From an uncultured Planctomycetota bacterium (GTDB lineage Bacteria; Planctomycetota; Planctomycetia; Isosphaerales; Isosphaeraceae), in NCBI GenBank assembly GCA_963845755.1, contig CAWJTV010000011.1:896001-960000 (forward strand): a stretch of 64,000 bases of DNA, written 5' to 3'. The notes under the pieces were generated by a model that was not told the DNA's origin, searched no databases, and saw only the letters and a list, made by a program, of their open reading frames with translations. Within the stretch, counting starts at the first letter, position 1, and each line of letters starts with the position of its first letter. Both the position numbers and the translations under genes were made by a program. Shown one piece after another: positions 20,205-31,309 of the stretch.

Positions 20205-21011
20205 TCACCGAGCAAGCCCGTCGTCGATATTCTTCACGGCTGGATGGTCACACGGAACTCCGCGGTCGAGCCAACCGTTTCGGATTCGTAGGAGTTCCTG
20301 ATGCAAGCGACGGATCAAGAACCCTCGGTTCAATGCCTTGACCTGATCGAGTGCCTGTTGCAGCCGTGGGTCGCCAAGAACCGCCAGCGCGGAGACCGCG
20401 AACCGGGCAATCAATGAGGGTTCCCCTGCGGCGAAAACATCCGGGTCAAGGAGCTTGGTCGTGAATTCATAGGTGCGGTCCGCCACCGAAGGGATCGGAG
20501 ACTCCGGCGGTTGCGATTCGAACAAACGCGTGACAGCCTGCAATGCGACAGCGCGGGTGTCAACTCGTCCTCCTTGCATGAACGGAAGCAGACGCTCAAC
20601 CTGCACTTGGGTTAACAGCGATGCCCCACGCCGGAGGGCCGACCAAACCACCTTGTCCTGTACCTCGGATTCAGACCGCAGGGCTGAAGCGATTGCTAGC
20701 AGTCGATCTGCCGCCGCGGCCCTCAACTCCGGGGGAAAGTGAAGGTCCTCAGCAGCAAATACCGTGGCATCGCGCCATTCCGGAGGGATGTCTGTGCGAC
20801 CCAGTTCGTCCACCAAGTAGCTGAGAGCGTCCTTCTGTTGAGGCGTATCGACGAGTCGACAGAGCGCCGCGATCCGCATGGTTGGGCTGGCACTCTCGTC
20901 TTGCAAGGCAGGCCAATCACCGGGGGGAGTATCTTCAACAAAGTGAGCGCTGTCGGGCGGTTCCGTCCTCGAGGCGAGACCGCGATGATCGACGGCCACA
21001 TTTTCAGACAT
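20205..21011 (-). CDS. Hypothetical alpha-helical (HEAT/ARM-like) protein
   Basis: ORF of about 270 aa of amphipathic helices (DTRAVALQAV, AVSALAVLGDPR); co-oriented with 19389-20129 in a lower-GC segment. Confidence 0.55.
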   Translation of the reverse strand: MSENVAVDHRGLASRTEPPDSAHFVEDTPPGDWPALQDESASPTMRIAALCRLVDTPQQKDALSYLVDELGRTDIPPEWRDATVFAAEDLHFPPELRAAAADRLLAIASALRSESEVQDKVVWSALRRGASLLTQVQVERLLPFMQGGRVDTRAVALQAVTRLFESQPPESPIPSVADRTYEFTTKLLDPDVFAAGEPSLIARFAVSALAVLGDPRLQQALDQVKALNRGFLIRRLHQELLRIRNGWLDRGVPCDHPAVKNIDDGLAR

Positions 21012-21560
21012 GTTTATCCTCATTATGGAGCAATGTTGTCCATCCCAGTTCTCTCGGGTTAGTTCTTTAAGTCCTGCTCCTCATTATAGTTGCGATGCCG
21101 GTCAACGTTATGCCACCCGCAGATCCGAGGCAATTTGCGTCCATAGCCGCAGTCAATCATCATACGGCGTCTTCTCGATGGGGACAACCACTGTCCTATC
21201 CGGATCCGACACGAATGTAAACCGAATCTGTCATGCCGAGACCCTATGAAGTATCTCCGGTCGGAAGTCCGTCATCACTTGCATCCGGCTTGATGAAAAG
21301 CAAGGAGCCTTGGGCGGGGGTGTGCCGCGATCGAACGAATGGACCTCGGCGGCCAGCGATTCCGGCACCGCCGCTGTGAGAAGCTGCGTCTGAAGACATG
21401 ATGGATCAGTGGGAGGGTCTCGCGTACGCCCATTGTTGCAGCGCCTCGGCCGAGTTGGCCCGGGGACGTCCTGCCGAGGCGCGGGCGCGCTTCCCGGATG
21501 AGCCGTTCGCCCCCTGAGCGATGCGATCGGAGAAGGACCAACCTCCGACCGAGGTCTGAT

Positions 21561-22823
21561 TCAAGGCCGCGCCGTCTCCGCCATGATCGCGATGAGCTGT
21601 TGGCCGAAGCGGAGGCGGTCCTCGACGGTCGTCGGCCGGCCGGTGCGCGCGTCGTTGGCGATGCGCTGCTCCATCAGCAGGATCAGAACTCCGAGCTGAG
21701 TATACAGGACGTTGGCCGAGCCAACGGGGACCTCGCCAAGCACCGGCCCGTGGCTGGGCCGGAAGCTCGTCTCTCGCACCAGGCGATCGCTCAGCCGTTT
21801 GACGATCCCGCGCGATGCCTCATCATTCGCCCGGGTCGAGAGGTACTCGCCAGTCTCGGTGTTGTGCAGGTTGATCATCAGGTGAATCTTCCGGCCCGAT
21901 GCAACGTGCGAGGCAATTGTCTTCTTGACGTACCAGATCTCCGGCATTGCGGCGAGGTATCGCTTCTGTCGCAGGTCAACCTCGTCCCAATGGCGATTGA
22001 CGTCGAACCCGTTGGCGTTGAACCGGACCTGGCCCGTGGCGGAGCCGTCGGGGTCGACCATCGGGGTGAATACGAAGACGGCCCGTCGGCGCAGGTCGCG
22101 GGCCTTCGGGTCGTCGGAGGTGATGAAGCGTAGCGCACCCTCCATCACGTACGACGTCCCGGACTCCCAGGCATGCTGACGGGCCTGGAGCCAGACCGTG
22201 ACCTTGTCCCGGTCGTCGACATCCGGCGCGGTGACCGTGATCAGGTGCAGGTCTCTCCCCAGCGCGGTCTTGCCGATGACTTCGATCCGAGCGTTGTCGC
22301 AGCGGTCGAGTTCCTTGAGAAGCCGCGTCAATCGGCTGGTCGTGTACGGCGGTTGGTGGGCGATCCAGAGGACGTCGTGTTCTGGACGGATCCGGATCGT
22401 GGCCTCCTTGGCGCGGTCGTCCCAGGTGACCTGGGAGATCGGCTGCCAGTGTTCGCCGTCGTCGCTGGCGACCGGGAGGATGCCCGGCCCCATCGGGCAG
22501 GCGCCGGGCTTGCCGTTGTACTCGCCCACGTAGTCGGTCATGGTCAGGGTGAGATCGCGGTTGCGCGCCCCATCGATCCGGAAGAAAAACCAGCTCGCCT
22601 GGCGGTTGTGCGCGTGTTCGTCCTGCTGGCCCTTCACATGACAGCGGAACGCGGTCTCGCCCAGCCGCTCGATCGTGCCCAGCGAGGCTCCCTCGAAGTT
22701 GGTGTTGAAGCGGATGGAATCCGGCTCGGCTGCGGCGGCCATGCCGGCGAGCCAGCCGGTCGCGGCGAGCAGCCTGCGGAAGAAGATCGTGAATCCCGAG
22801 GGCATGGCCGGACTCCGTTTCAT
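21561..22823 (-). CDS. M14 zinc carboxypeptidase (Nna1/cytosolic-like) with its own signal peptide, in frame with the upstream ORF
   Basis: FNTNFEGASLG, WFFFR, ARQHAWE (HxxE), PMVDPDG, NANGFDVNR, NLH; preceded by MKRSPAMPSGFTIFFRRLLAATGWLAGMAAA/AE. Confidence 0.8.
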   Translation of the reverse strand: MKRSPAMPSGFTIFFRRLLAATGWLAGMAAAAEPDSIRFNTNFEGASLGTIERLGETAFRCHVKGQQDEHAHNRQASWFFFRIDGARNRDLTLTMTDYVGEYNGKPGACPMGPGILPVASDDGEHWQPISQVTWDDRAKEATIRIRPEHDVLWIAHQPPYTTSRLTRLLKELDRCDNARIEVIGKTALGRDLHLITVTAPDVDDRDKVTVWLQARQHAWESGTSYVMEGALRFITSDDPKARDLRRRAVFVFTPMVDPDGSATGQVRFNANGFDVNRHWDEVDLRQKRYLAAMPEIWYVKKTIASHVASGRKIHLMINLHNTETGEYLSTRANDEASRGIVKRLSDRLVRETSFRPSHGPVLGEVPVGSANVLYTQLGVLILLMEQRIANDARTGRPTTVEDRLRFGQQLIAIMAETARP

Positions 22824-24860
22824 GGCGATCGTTATGGGTGTGCCTGCTGTTTCGCGACGCGCAGCCTTCATCTGGGTCACGAGTTCCTGGTAGCGTTCGG
22901 GCGTGATCGAGGGGATTCCCGCGTCCGCCTGCTCGAACTCACCGACGGCTTGCCCGGCCTCGTCTTGCACCTGGACCTTGGCCCCCGCCGGTACGATCAC
23001 GTCGCGGAAGATGGCCTCGTCCACCCTGGGCGCCAGGGTTACCGAGTCGATCGTGGTGTCGCGCCGCCAGTTGAGCAGGAGCCAGCCCTGACCCATGTGG
23101 GACCCGACCTCGAGGCCGAGCTCGGTGACGCGGACCGGATACCAGAGCCCCGGTGCGATCTCGCGGAAGTCCTCGCAGTGACCGGTGCGGGTCGGCATCA
23201 GCGGATTGGCGAAGTTACCGGCGCACGCCTCCAGCTTGATCGGGATGTGGTTCCTATCGGCTGCCAGGTACAGGACGGTCGCAGCGTCGGATACCTTCCC
23301 GCGCGCGGAGGTAAACGCGCCCCGAACCACGAGACACGGGTGGCCGTCAACCTCCGCCGTGCCGCCAGGGCGGAACTGGAGCGTCGTCTGTCCGACGCCA
23401 TTGTGCCGCGGGGAGGCGAGCAGGTCGGCGAGAGGGCTGAAGATCAGGTCATCGCGCAGCAACAGCGTGTGTGGCCGATACACGAAGATGCCATCGCCAC
23501 GGCCGTCGTCTATCCTCACGCGTCCTCGGCGCAGGAACACTCCGGCACCCTGAGGGTTGAGCGGGTGGTCCGCACTCCAGTACCTGCGTGACCATCGCCC
23601 ATCGAACGCGTCGACCTGGTGCAGCGCGAGGTCCCAGCCGGTGCCCGAGGCTTGCATCCGTCGCGTGATGTGATAGGCCAGGTCATCCTTGACGATCGAG
23701 CGGTCGTCCCACGACTCCTCGGCCAGGGGATTCCACTGGTAGAGATTCGGGATGACTCGGTGCGCTTGAACGTGGACCTTGACCTCGATGTCATCGTAGC
23801 GCTTCTCCTCCTTGGCGACCTGGGCGGCGACTCGCAAGAGACTCACCTGTGGGCGATCGCCACCGACCGGCTCCGGTAGCTTCGAGCCGACGAGCGCGCG
23901 ATCCTTGATCGTGAAGACGGGCAGATCGGTGGGGATCGCGACGTCGCGGAAGAAAGCGGCCTCGTAATGCGGCGCGAGGTCGACCTTCTCGACGAAAGTC
24001 TCGGTCCGTTTCGCGACGACCTTCTTCCCCCCGTGCAGTCCCTCGATCACGTAGTCACTGGCCGTGATCTTCGTCGGGAACCAGACGCCGGGCGACACCT
24101 CGCGCAGCCCCTCGACGTGCATGTCATGGTCCGAGAATTTCTCCTGGACGCAGTGGTAATTCCGCTCGGGGGCCAGCCAAAGATACTGGGTGATCGGGTC
24201 GAGATTCAGATTGAACCAGCGGTCGATGCGGAGTTTCAGGCAACGAAGACCGTCGATCTTCTCCTCGCCCTCGAAGTGGGTCGCGACCCTGGCGAACACG
24301 TCCATCGAGCCGGATTCGATGAGCTCTCGAGGGTATTTGAGGTAAGCGTGGATCGTCAAGGTCCCGCTCAGGTAGACCGAGAGGGGGAAGTTGAGTTTGT
24401 AGTGGGCCAGCGGCAGGCTATGCGCGGGGGAGATCTCCGGATGCAGGAAACGCCCCAGGTGGATGTTCGCGCAGTTGCCTGACGTTACCGTGCGCGTCCG
24501 TTCCCCGTCGTAGGCGGAGACCAGCTCCCGACGGCCCTTGAACCCCGGCATCCGTTCGAACGCCTGGTGCCGGAGGTAGATCCGATCTCCCTGGAGGACG
24601 ACCCGGCGCGTGGCCATCGTGGTGACGTCGGCGGGTTCGGCCGGATCCTTCCGGCTCGTGTCGCGGATCACGATCCGCGCGACGTATTCGATGTCCCGGT
24701 ATCTCGCCTCCTCGGCCCGAACCGCCGCGACGATCGCGGCCATCCGATCGCCCTTCGTGACGGGCGGGGGTTCATCCGCCACGACGACCATCGGCCCGAG
24801 CTGGAACAGGCCGGTAACGAGCAACCATCCTGTCGGCAAGTGTCGTCGAATCCGTCGCAT
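22824..24860 (-). CDS. Secreted protein with two tandem uncharacterised beta-rich domains
   Basis: Signal peptide then two homologous units (AEEARYRDIE / KEEKRYDDIE ... EVSPGVWFP / EIAPGLWYP ... FRDVAIP / FRDVIVP); no stop before the M14 part. Confidence 0.65.
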
Positions 24861-24981
24861 GCTCGGAGTCCTCCCCACGGCCTTGATGGATGCGGGCGGT
24901 TGGGCCTGTTCCGAGTCGGGAATGGTACAGGGACGCGGCCGGTCGGCCGATCGTCACGGCTTGCCACAATGGGGATCGCGC

Positions 24982-25745
24982 TCACTCCCACGCCGAGCGG
25001 AGCCAGATGCCGCCGTCGACGGCCAGGGCGGTGCCGGTGATGTAGTCGGCGTCGTCGGAGCAGAGGAACACGGCGGCCTTGCCGATGTCGTCGGGCCGGC
25101 CGAGGCGGCCCCAGGGGAGGGTCGCGCCGGCCTTGGCGATCGCCGCGCTACCGAAGGCTTCGTGCTCGCCGGGCGTGTCGATCCAGCCGGGCTCGATGAC
25201 GTTCACGTTGATCCGGTACTTGTACAGCTCGGCGGCGATCGTGAAGGCCATGTTGTTCAGGCCCCCCTTGCCGGCGTTATAGGCGATGCTCCGCGCATAC
25301 GGCGTGTGGACGTGGCAGCTCGAGATAAACACGATCTTGCCCCCGCCGCCCCGCTCGACCATGTGCCGCGCCACGAGCTGGCTCATGTGGAACCCGCCGG
25401 TCAGCGTCCCCTCGATCACCTTGGTGAACGCCTCTGGATCGTATTCGAGGAAGTCGGCCCGGTGCTGGTAAGCCGGGTTGCTGACGAAGATGTCGATGCG
25501 TCCCAGGCCGTCGATCGCCCGCGCGACGACCTCCTCGCACGACGGCCGGCGGAACACGTCCCCGTCGACGAGCACTGCGCCCGGCCCATCGCCTGGATCT
25601 CGGCGATGACCGACTCGGCCTGTTCCGTCTTCTCGCGGTCGTTGACCGCGACGTCGGCCCCCGCGCGGGCCAGCTCCAGGGCGCAGCCGCGCCCGATCCC
25701 CCGCGCCGCGCCGGTCACCAACGCCGTCTTGCCGTTGAGTCTCAT
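24982..25745 (-). CDS. Short-chain dehydrogenase/reductase, frameshift near 25580
   Basis: TGAARGIG in ORF 25416..25745; YNAGK, PGWIDT and YITGTALAVDGG in ORF 24982..25764. Confidence 0.88.
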
Positions 25746-25937
25746 GATCGCTGCTTCTGCACAAATGAGAATGTCGATTACAACTCGTCCGGTTCAGATG
25801 GACAGGATACCCGCCGCGACTTCGCCGGGCAAGCGACCCATCGGCCGATCCGATCGTTGGGGCTTACCATTTTTCCACAACCGAGCCCGTGGCGCCAGAC
25901 TCTTTATCTCTGCGGAGGCTTGCAGCCGTTCAGGGTG

Positions 25938-26591
25938 ATGACCCAAGGAATGACGATCGTGCAATCGGACCAGCCACAGTATGCGCGAACCCGACCGACA
26001 AGGACGCTATCTTCGGCGAAGCCGCCGGTGAAGCTGTACGTCCCGTTCCACGCGGTTCATCAGGTTGCCGTCTCGGGTGTCGTGACGAAGTCGCCTCATT
26101 TCTACCCGTTCTATGCGGGGCCAAGGTGGGCCGAGCTGAACGCGGTGAAGGCCAGCGGCAAGCTCATGGCCAACGGGAGTTTCGTCTTTGCGGGAACCAA
26201 TCAAGGCTCGATCGAGCAGGCGCCCGCGGTTTATGTCTGGGGGGTAGACCGCAACGGCAACCTGCCCACGGGGCCGTTCGCGGGCCGCCCGAACGTCAAG
26301 TTCGACGCCATCGTGATCGTCCGGCTCGATGCTTCGCTCAAGCCGACGGCGCAGGTCGTCGACCTGGTCCGCGGCACCACGACCGACCTGCCCGCGTTCG
26401 ATGTGCGAATCAGGGGTCGCAAGATCGCGGTGACGGTCCCCGAGAGCCTGCTCCCCTCGACGGGCCTGGCCCCCACGCGGTACCGCTTCAACTACTGGCC
26501 TGAGGATGGCGGACCACCCGTCTCCGCGTCCGTCGCCAGCTTCGCGCCCGAGTTCACCACGGCGCAAGTGGGGACCGCGCGCCGCCATTGA
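25938..26591 (+). CDS. Hypothetical beta-rich protein
   Basis: Coding-like ORF with YVWGVDR, VPESLLPSTG, YRFNYWP, SFAP; start uncertain. Confidence 0.55.
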   Translation: MTQGMTIVQSDQPQYARTRPTRTLSSAKPPVKLYVPFHAVHQVAVSGVVTKSPHFYPFYAGPRWAELNAVKASGKLMANGSFVFAGTNQGSIEQAPAVYVWGVDRNGNLPTGPFAGRPNVKFDAIVIVRLDASLKPTAQVVDLVRGTTTDLPAFDVRIRGRKIAVTVPESLLPSTGLAPTRYRFNYWPEDGGPPVSASVASFAPEFTTAQVGTARRH

Positions 26592-26789
26592 TGGCGATCC
26601 CGCCCGTTGCGAAATGGCCGCCGCCCCTCCCGACCCGCTATCGGATCGATCGGCACAATGTGGGATCGGATTTCTCCGATCCTTCTGGACTTGCCGGACC
26701 GCAGGCCGTATCGTCGAGTAGCGTGACTCGGCGATTCGAAGCGGTGAACTCCGGGCGGGAGGCTTCGACCCATGTCTTTGCGCAATGCC

Positions 26790-27149
26790 ATGGCGCAGCG
26801 TCTGGCCGGACGCGGTCAGGCCCTTGCGAGAAACGCACTCATCCTGGCGGCCCTGGGGCTGACGATCATGCTCGGAACCTCGGCTCCGTCCACATTGCTC
26901 GCCCAGACCGGTCGAAGTCCGTTCGAGGATCTGCCGGGCACTTCCGGCTCGTCCGATAAGCGGGATGGCTTCGCTTCCGCGTCGCAGTCCCGGGAAGCCA
27001 ATGTCCCACACGGCAGCAGCCCGATCGAGAGTCCGTCGCAGCGGGTCGTGCAGAAGTCGCGCGAATTCGCCCTCCACGGCGACAAGCAGGCGGTTTCCTG
27101 GAGCGGTACAAGGATCTAGGTCTACCTTGTCGAGCGGGTTGGGCCGTGA
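26790..27149 (+). pseudogene. Truncated remnant of the secreted TPR gene family (signal peptide plus part of the N-terminal domain)
   Basis: QRVVQKSREFALHGDKQAVSWSGTRI*VYLVERV aligns with [34 protein letters not shown] of 37573-39639; internal TAG, no TPRs. Confidence 0.7.
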
Positions 27150-27211
27150 GGCGGGGCGGTCCCCTCGCGGGCCGGGGAGCAGAGGTTGATCTTCGTCAGG
27201 AGGTTTCAGCC

Positions 27212-29111
27212 ATGTCACAGCGCGACGAGGTTCCGCGGAGAGATGCGGAGGAGCCGGCTCGGCGATGGGCCGTATGTCGGGGTGCGGTCGCCAGAGAAGC
27301 CATCATCGGGCTGGCGATCGCGACGGCCTTGCTGGCTCCGGGATTGGTCCGGCGCAGGCACCAGACGGCCGGGATTGGGTTGGCAAGCGGGTCGTGCAGA
27401 GGTTCCACGGTCTCGAGCTTCGTGAGACGCAGTCATCCGAAAGCCGAGAACCCGATCGAATTGAGATCTACCGCGTGGAGCGAGTTCGCGACCGATGGCT
27501 CTGGCTGGAAGCCGAGGAGACGAAAACCAGCGGCTGGGTCCTGGCGAGCCAGGTGATACCGGTCGAACGGGCCATCGAATACTTCTCCGATCGAGCCCGC
27601 CGCAACCCGGACGATCCCTGGTGTTACCTCATGCGGTCCAAACTCTGGTACGACAAGGGGCGTCTCGACCGGGCCCTCGCGGATTGCAACGAAGTGATCC
27701 GGCTCGTTCCCGATGATGCCGCCGGGTATAGTAACCGCGGAGTCGTCTGGTCGGAGATGAAGAAGCAGGACAACGCCATCGACGACTACACCAAGGCCAT
27801 CGAGATGAATCCTCGATACTCCGATGCCTTTCTCGGCCGTGGCACCGTCTGGCGCGAGAAGAAGGAGTACGATATCGCCATCGCCGACTTCAACGAGGCC
27901 ATCCGAAACGATCACCGAAATGTCGCGGCCTACAACGGCCGTGGGCTCGCGCGGTATGAGAAGAGGGAGTACGACCTGGCGATCACTGACTTCGACGAGC
28001 TCATACGGATCAATCCCGGATTCTCCTGGGCGTACCACAACCGCGGTCGCGCCCGGCACGCAAAGCACGATTACGCCAAGGCCATCGTCGAGTATGACGA
28101 AGCGATCCGACTCAATCCCGACGACGCTTCGAGCTACGAGGATCGCGGCCTCGCCTGGTCCGCGGAGAAGGACCATGAGAAAGCCCTCGCCGATTTCAAT
28201 GAGGCCATCCGGCTCGATCCCAAGTCCGCTTCCGCCTACGACAGTCGCGGTCATACCTGGTCCGATAAGAAGGAGTATGACAAGGCGATCGCGGACTTCG
28301 ACCAGGCCATCCGGCTCGATCCGGATTATCGCTGGCCTTACAGTGGTCTGGGTTGGGCGTTGCGCGGCAAGAAGGAATACGCCAAAGCCATCGCCGACTT
28401 CGACCGGGCCATCCAGATCGATCCTCGGAGCCTCGATGATTACTATGGCCGTGGTTTGACATGGTCCGATCGGAAGGACTACGACAAGGCGATCGCCGAT
28501 TATAACGAGGTCATCCGGCTCGACCCGAAGTTCGCCTGGGCCTACTATCATCGTGGTTTGGCGGGCGCTACCGGAAAGAATGGGGCAGTGCCCTCGACGA
28601 CTTCGATCAGGCCATCCGCCTCGATCCCAAGGAAGCCTTTTCCCAGTACTCCCGGGCGGCGATCCTGTTCCTGACGCGGCGCGAGGGTGCGGCGGATGCG
28701 GCGCAAGCGGTGCTGGACCTCCAGGGCTGGCGCGGGAACCTGTCGATATACGCGGCGCTGCTGGATCACTTCGTCGCACGCCGCGCCGGCCAGGACGGCC
28801 GAGCGAAAGAGATCCTCGACGCGGCCAAGGCCCGATGCGACACGTCCGCCTGGCCCTATCCGATCATCGCGTACCTTCGCGGCGAGCTCGATGAAGCCAA
28901 GCTTCTGGCATCCGCCATCAACCACGACAAGATGACCGAGGCGCGGTGCTACCTCGGGCTCCAGATGCTGGCGATGGGCCGCAAAGCGGCGGCCGAGGCG
29001 CACTTCCGCTGGGTCAAGGATCGCGGTAACTCACGATTCACGCAGCATGCCCTGAGCGTCGCCGAGCTGGACCGCCTCCTGGCGGAGCGGACCCAGGGGG
29101 ATGGGCCGTGA
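27212..29111 (+). CDS. Secreted TPR protein 1 (SH3-like N-domain, TPRs, NlpI-like C-terminus), frameshifts near 27350 and 28575
   Basis: AGGAGG RBS; DWVGKRVVQ..IYRVERV..WLWL..SGWV; repeated DKAIADFxEAIRLDP; C-terminal WPYPIIAYLRG..TEARCYLG..FRWV. Confidence 0.85.
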
Positions 29112-29330
29112 TGCGGGGCAGATCCAGCGCCGGATGGACGCCAACGGGTCTTCGCGAACGTCCCGGCTTTTTCGCGTGTTGCCGAACGTGACTCGGCGAT
29201 CGATCCGAGCGGATCGTCCTCAACCGAGTGGGATTGACCCAGGGCACGCCCTTCCGGAGCGCCGAGGGGGGAAACCGTCAGCCCGAGGTTGTGAGAGTGC
29301 GGCTCAACGGCTCAAGTGGGGATGACCGGC

Positions 29331-30959
29331 ATGGCACAGACAAGGTCAAGACCATCGCGCTGGATGGCTCCGTTCCTCGGAGTCATGTTGGCGGTCGTTC
29401 TCGGGTGGACCGCTCAACCCGGGCGGGGTCAGGTGCCGAGCGCCGTTCAAGAACCGGCTCCCGGACGGAACCGAATCCGGCCTACACCGTTTCCCAACCC
29501 ATCCGGATCGTGCATTGGATGCCACAACCAGGACAAGAACCCGACCTATGCGCAGCCGCTCCGCGACCAGATGATCTGTCGGATGAACGAGTGGCAGTAC
29601 TACAACAAGGCCGACAAGCACCAGATCGCCTACCACCAACTGGCCTCGCCGCGGAGCCGGCAGATCGTCCGACTCCTCGGCTTCAAGGACCCCGATGCCA
29701 CGACCGTGGATTCGTGCCTCCGATGTCATGCTCTACCGGAGGTCGGCGGGCAGCCGATGAACCCCCAGTTTCTCTCCGAAGGCGTGACCTGCGTGGCCTG
29801 TCATGGTGCTTATCGAGAGTGGGTGGGCGAACATCCGGATGCGGTGATCTTACGCGGTCTGGTGCACGCGGCGAACCGACCGAAGGACTGGCTCGATCTC
29901 AACCGAAAGGAGAAGGAACAGATCAAAGGGATGACGGACCTGTGGGATCCGGTCCGACGCGCCGAGGTCTGCGCCTCGTGCCACATCGGCAACTACGAAG
30001 AGAAGAAGATCCTCACGCATGCGATGTACGCCGCCGGGCACCCCCCTTTACCGAGCTTCGAGGCGACGACCTTCAGCGATGCCGAGCCCCGGCACTGGCA
30101 GTATTTGAGGGAGAAGACCGCCGATCAACAGAAGCGGCTCCAGCCGGTTGTCGAGAAGAACCGGGAGCAAGCCGAGCTCGTCATCGTCAGCGGCCTGGTC
30201 GCTTTTCGCGAGTCGATGAAGCTTCTCTCCCGGGAGGCCAGTGCGAATCATAACGATCCACCCGGGGCCGCCTGGCCCGACTTTGCTCGGTACGACTGTC
30301 GCGCCTGCCACCACGAGCTGAGAAGCACACTCCGGACCGAGAGCCGGCGGGCCCGCGTCGCTCCGGGGCGGCCGGGCGAGCTGGAATGGCCGCAGGCCCT
30401 CGTGCCGATCGGCATCAAGCAAGTGTCGGGAGACTCGAAGAAGGCTCTCGAGGAACAGACCCGATATGAGTCACTCCTCCGGAAGTTCCACGAGGCCCTC
30501 GGCGCCCGGCCCTACGGTGACCCCCGGCGCACGATCGAGGCTGCGGACGACCTGGTGTGCTGGGCCAACGGTCTCCTGATCGGCGATAAGCGATCGCCGG
30601 TCGATGATGCCCAGGCCAGGGCAATGGTCGCCGGCCTGTGCGAACTGGCCGAGAACGACGAGGCGGGCTACGACGTCGCGCGGCAATGTGTCTGGGCGTT
30701 TCGTGCCATTTATCATGAGCTTGTGCCAGAGCCGGCTCGCGACGCCAAGATCGAGGCCGACCTCCGCAGTCTCGACGGACTCCTGTCATTGACCTTGCCT
30801 AACGCTGGCGAACAGGTGTCGATCGAGACGTCTCTCGCGCTGCGCCTTGGCGTGATCGCCAACTATAACCCCGATGCCGTTCGCGGGCTTGTCCGGGACA
30901 TGAGAGAGCGACTCCGTAAACAAGGCTGGATTCCCGCGAAGGGAGAACCGGCTAACTAG
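29331..30959 (+). CDS. Secreted pentaheme c-type cytochrome (c554-like N-terminal part)
   Basis: Signal peptide; five CxxCH motifs (CIGCH, CLRCH, CVACH, CASCH, CRACH). Confidence 0.88.
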   Translation: MAQTRSRPSRWMAPFLGVMLAVVLGWTAQPGRGQVPSAVQEPAPGRNRIRPTPFPNPSGSCIGCHNQDKNPTYAQPLRDQMICRMNEWQYYNKADKHQIAYHQLASPRSRQIVRLLGFKDPDATTVDSCLRCHALPEVGGQPMNPQFLSEGVTCVACHGAYREWVGEHPDAVILRGLVHAANRPKDWLDLNRKEKEQIKGMTDLWDPVRRAEVCASCHIGNYEEKKILTHAMYAAGHPPLPSFEATTFSDAEPRHWQYLREKTADQQKRLQPVVEKNREQAELVIVSGLVAFRESMKLLSREASANHNDPPGAAWPDFARYDCRACHHELRSTLRTESRRARVAPGRPGELEWPQALVPIGIKQVSGDSKKALEEQTRYESLLRKFHEALGARPYGDPRRTIEAADDLVCWANGLLIGDKRSPVDDAQARAMVAGLCELAENDEAGYDVARQCVWAFRAIYHELVPEPARDAKIEADLRSLDGLLSLTLPNAGEQVSIETSLALRLGVIANYNPDAVRGLVRDMRERLRKQGWIPAKGEPAN

Positions 30960-30989
30960 GAAACGGTCCGAGAACGGTATCCGGCCTTT

Positions 30990-31010
30990 GTAGGGTGGGT
31001 GAAACCCACC
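30990..31010 (+). repeat. GTAG-type REP unit
   Basis: GTAGGGTGGGTGAAACCCACC hairpin; same family as 58838-58902. Confidence 0.7.
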
Positions 31011-31031
31011 AGTACTGGGCAGTTCTTTTCA

Positions 31032-31170
31032 CTCGTTCCCACGGTCCCCGTGGGAATGCCGTCCTCGACGCTCCGCGTCGTCCGACCGGACTGGCGGAGG
31101 CGGGGAGCACTCGGGCGGGAGGGACGCAGAAGGTCCCAGACGGCATTCCCACGGAGACCGTGGGAACGAG
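31032..31170. repeat. Long inverted-repeat (REP doublet / MITE-like) element
   Basis: CTCGTTCCCACGGTCCCCGTGGGAATGCCGTC ... GACGGCATTCCCACGGAGACCGTGGGAACGAG. Confidence 0.8.
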
Positions 31171-31309
31171 GTTCCTCCCATCGATCGGGGCATCACACCT
31201 CCAGGACGGGATCGCCTGCCGAGTGCTGGCATTCCCCCAGGAAAAGTCGTGGCGGAAGAAACCCGCGGAACGGGAGAACGGAAGAACGGGCCGTGTGTCG
31301 CTTACACTC

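Noticed and set aside
14300..21300. Prophage or integrative element
   Set aside because: No integrase, structural genes or att-like repeats were seen.
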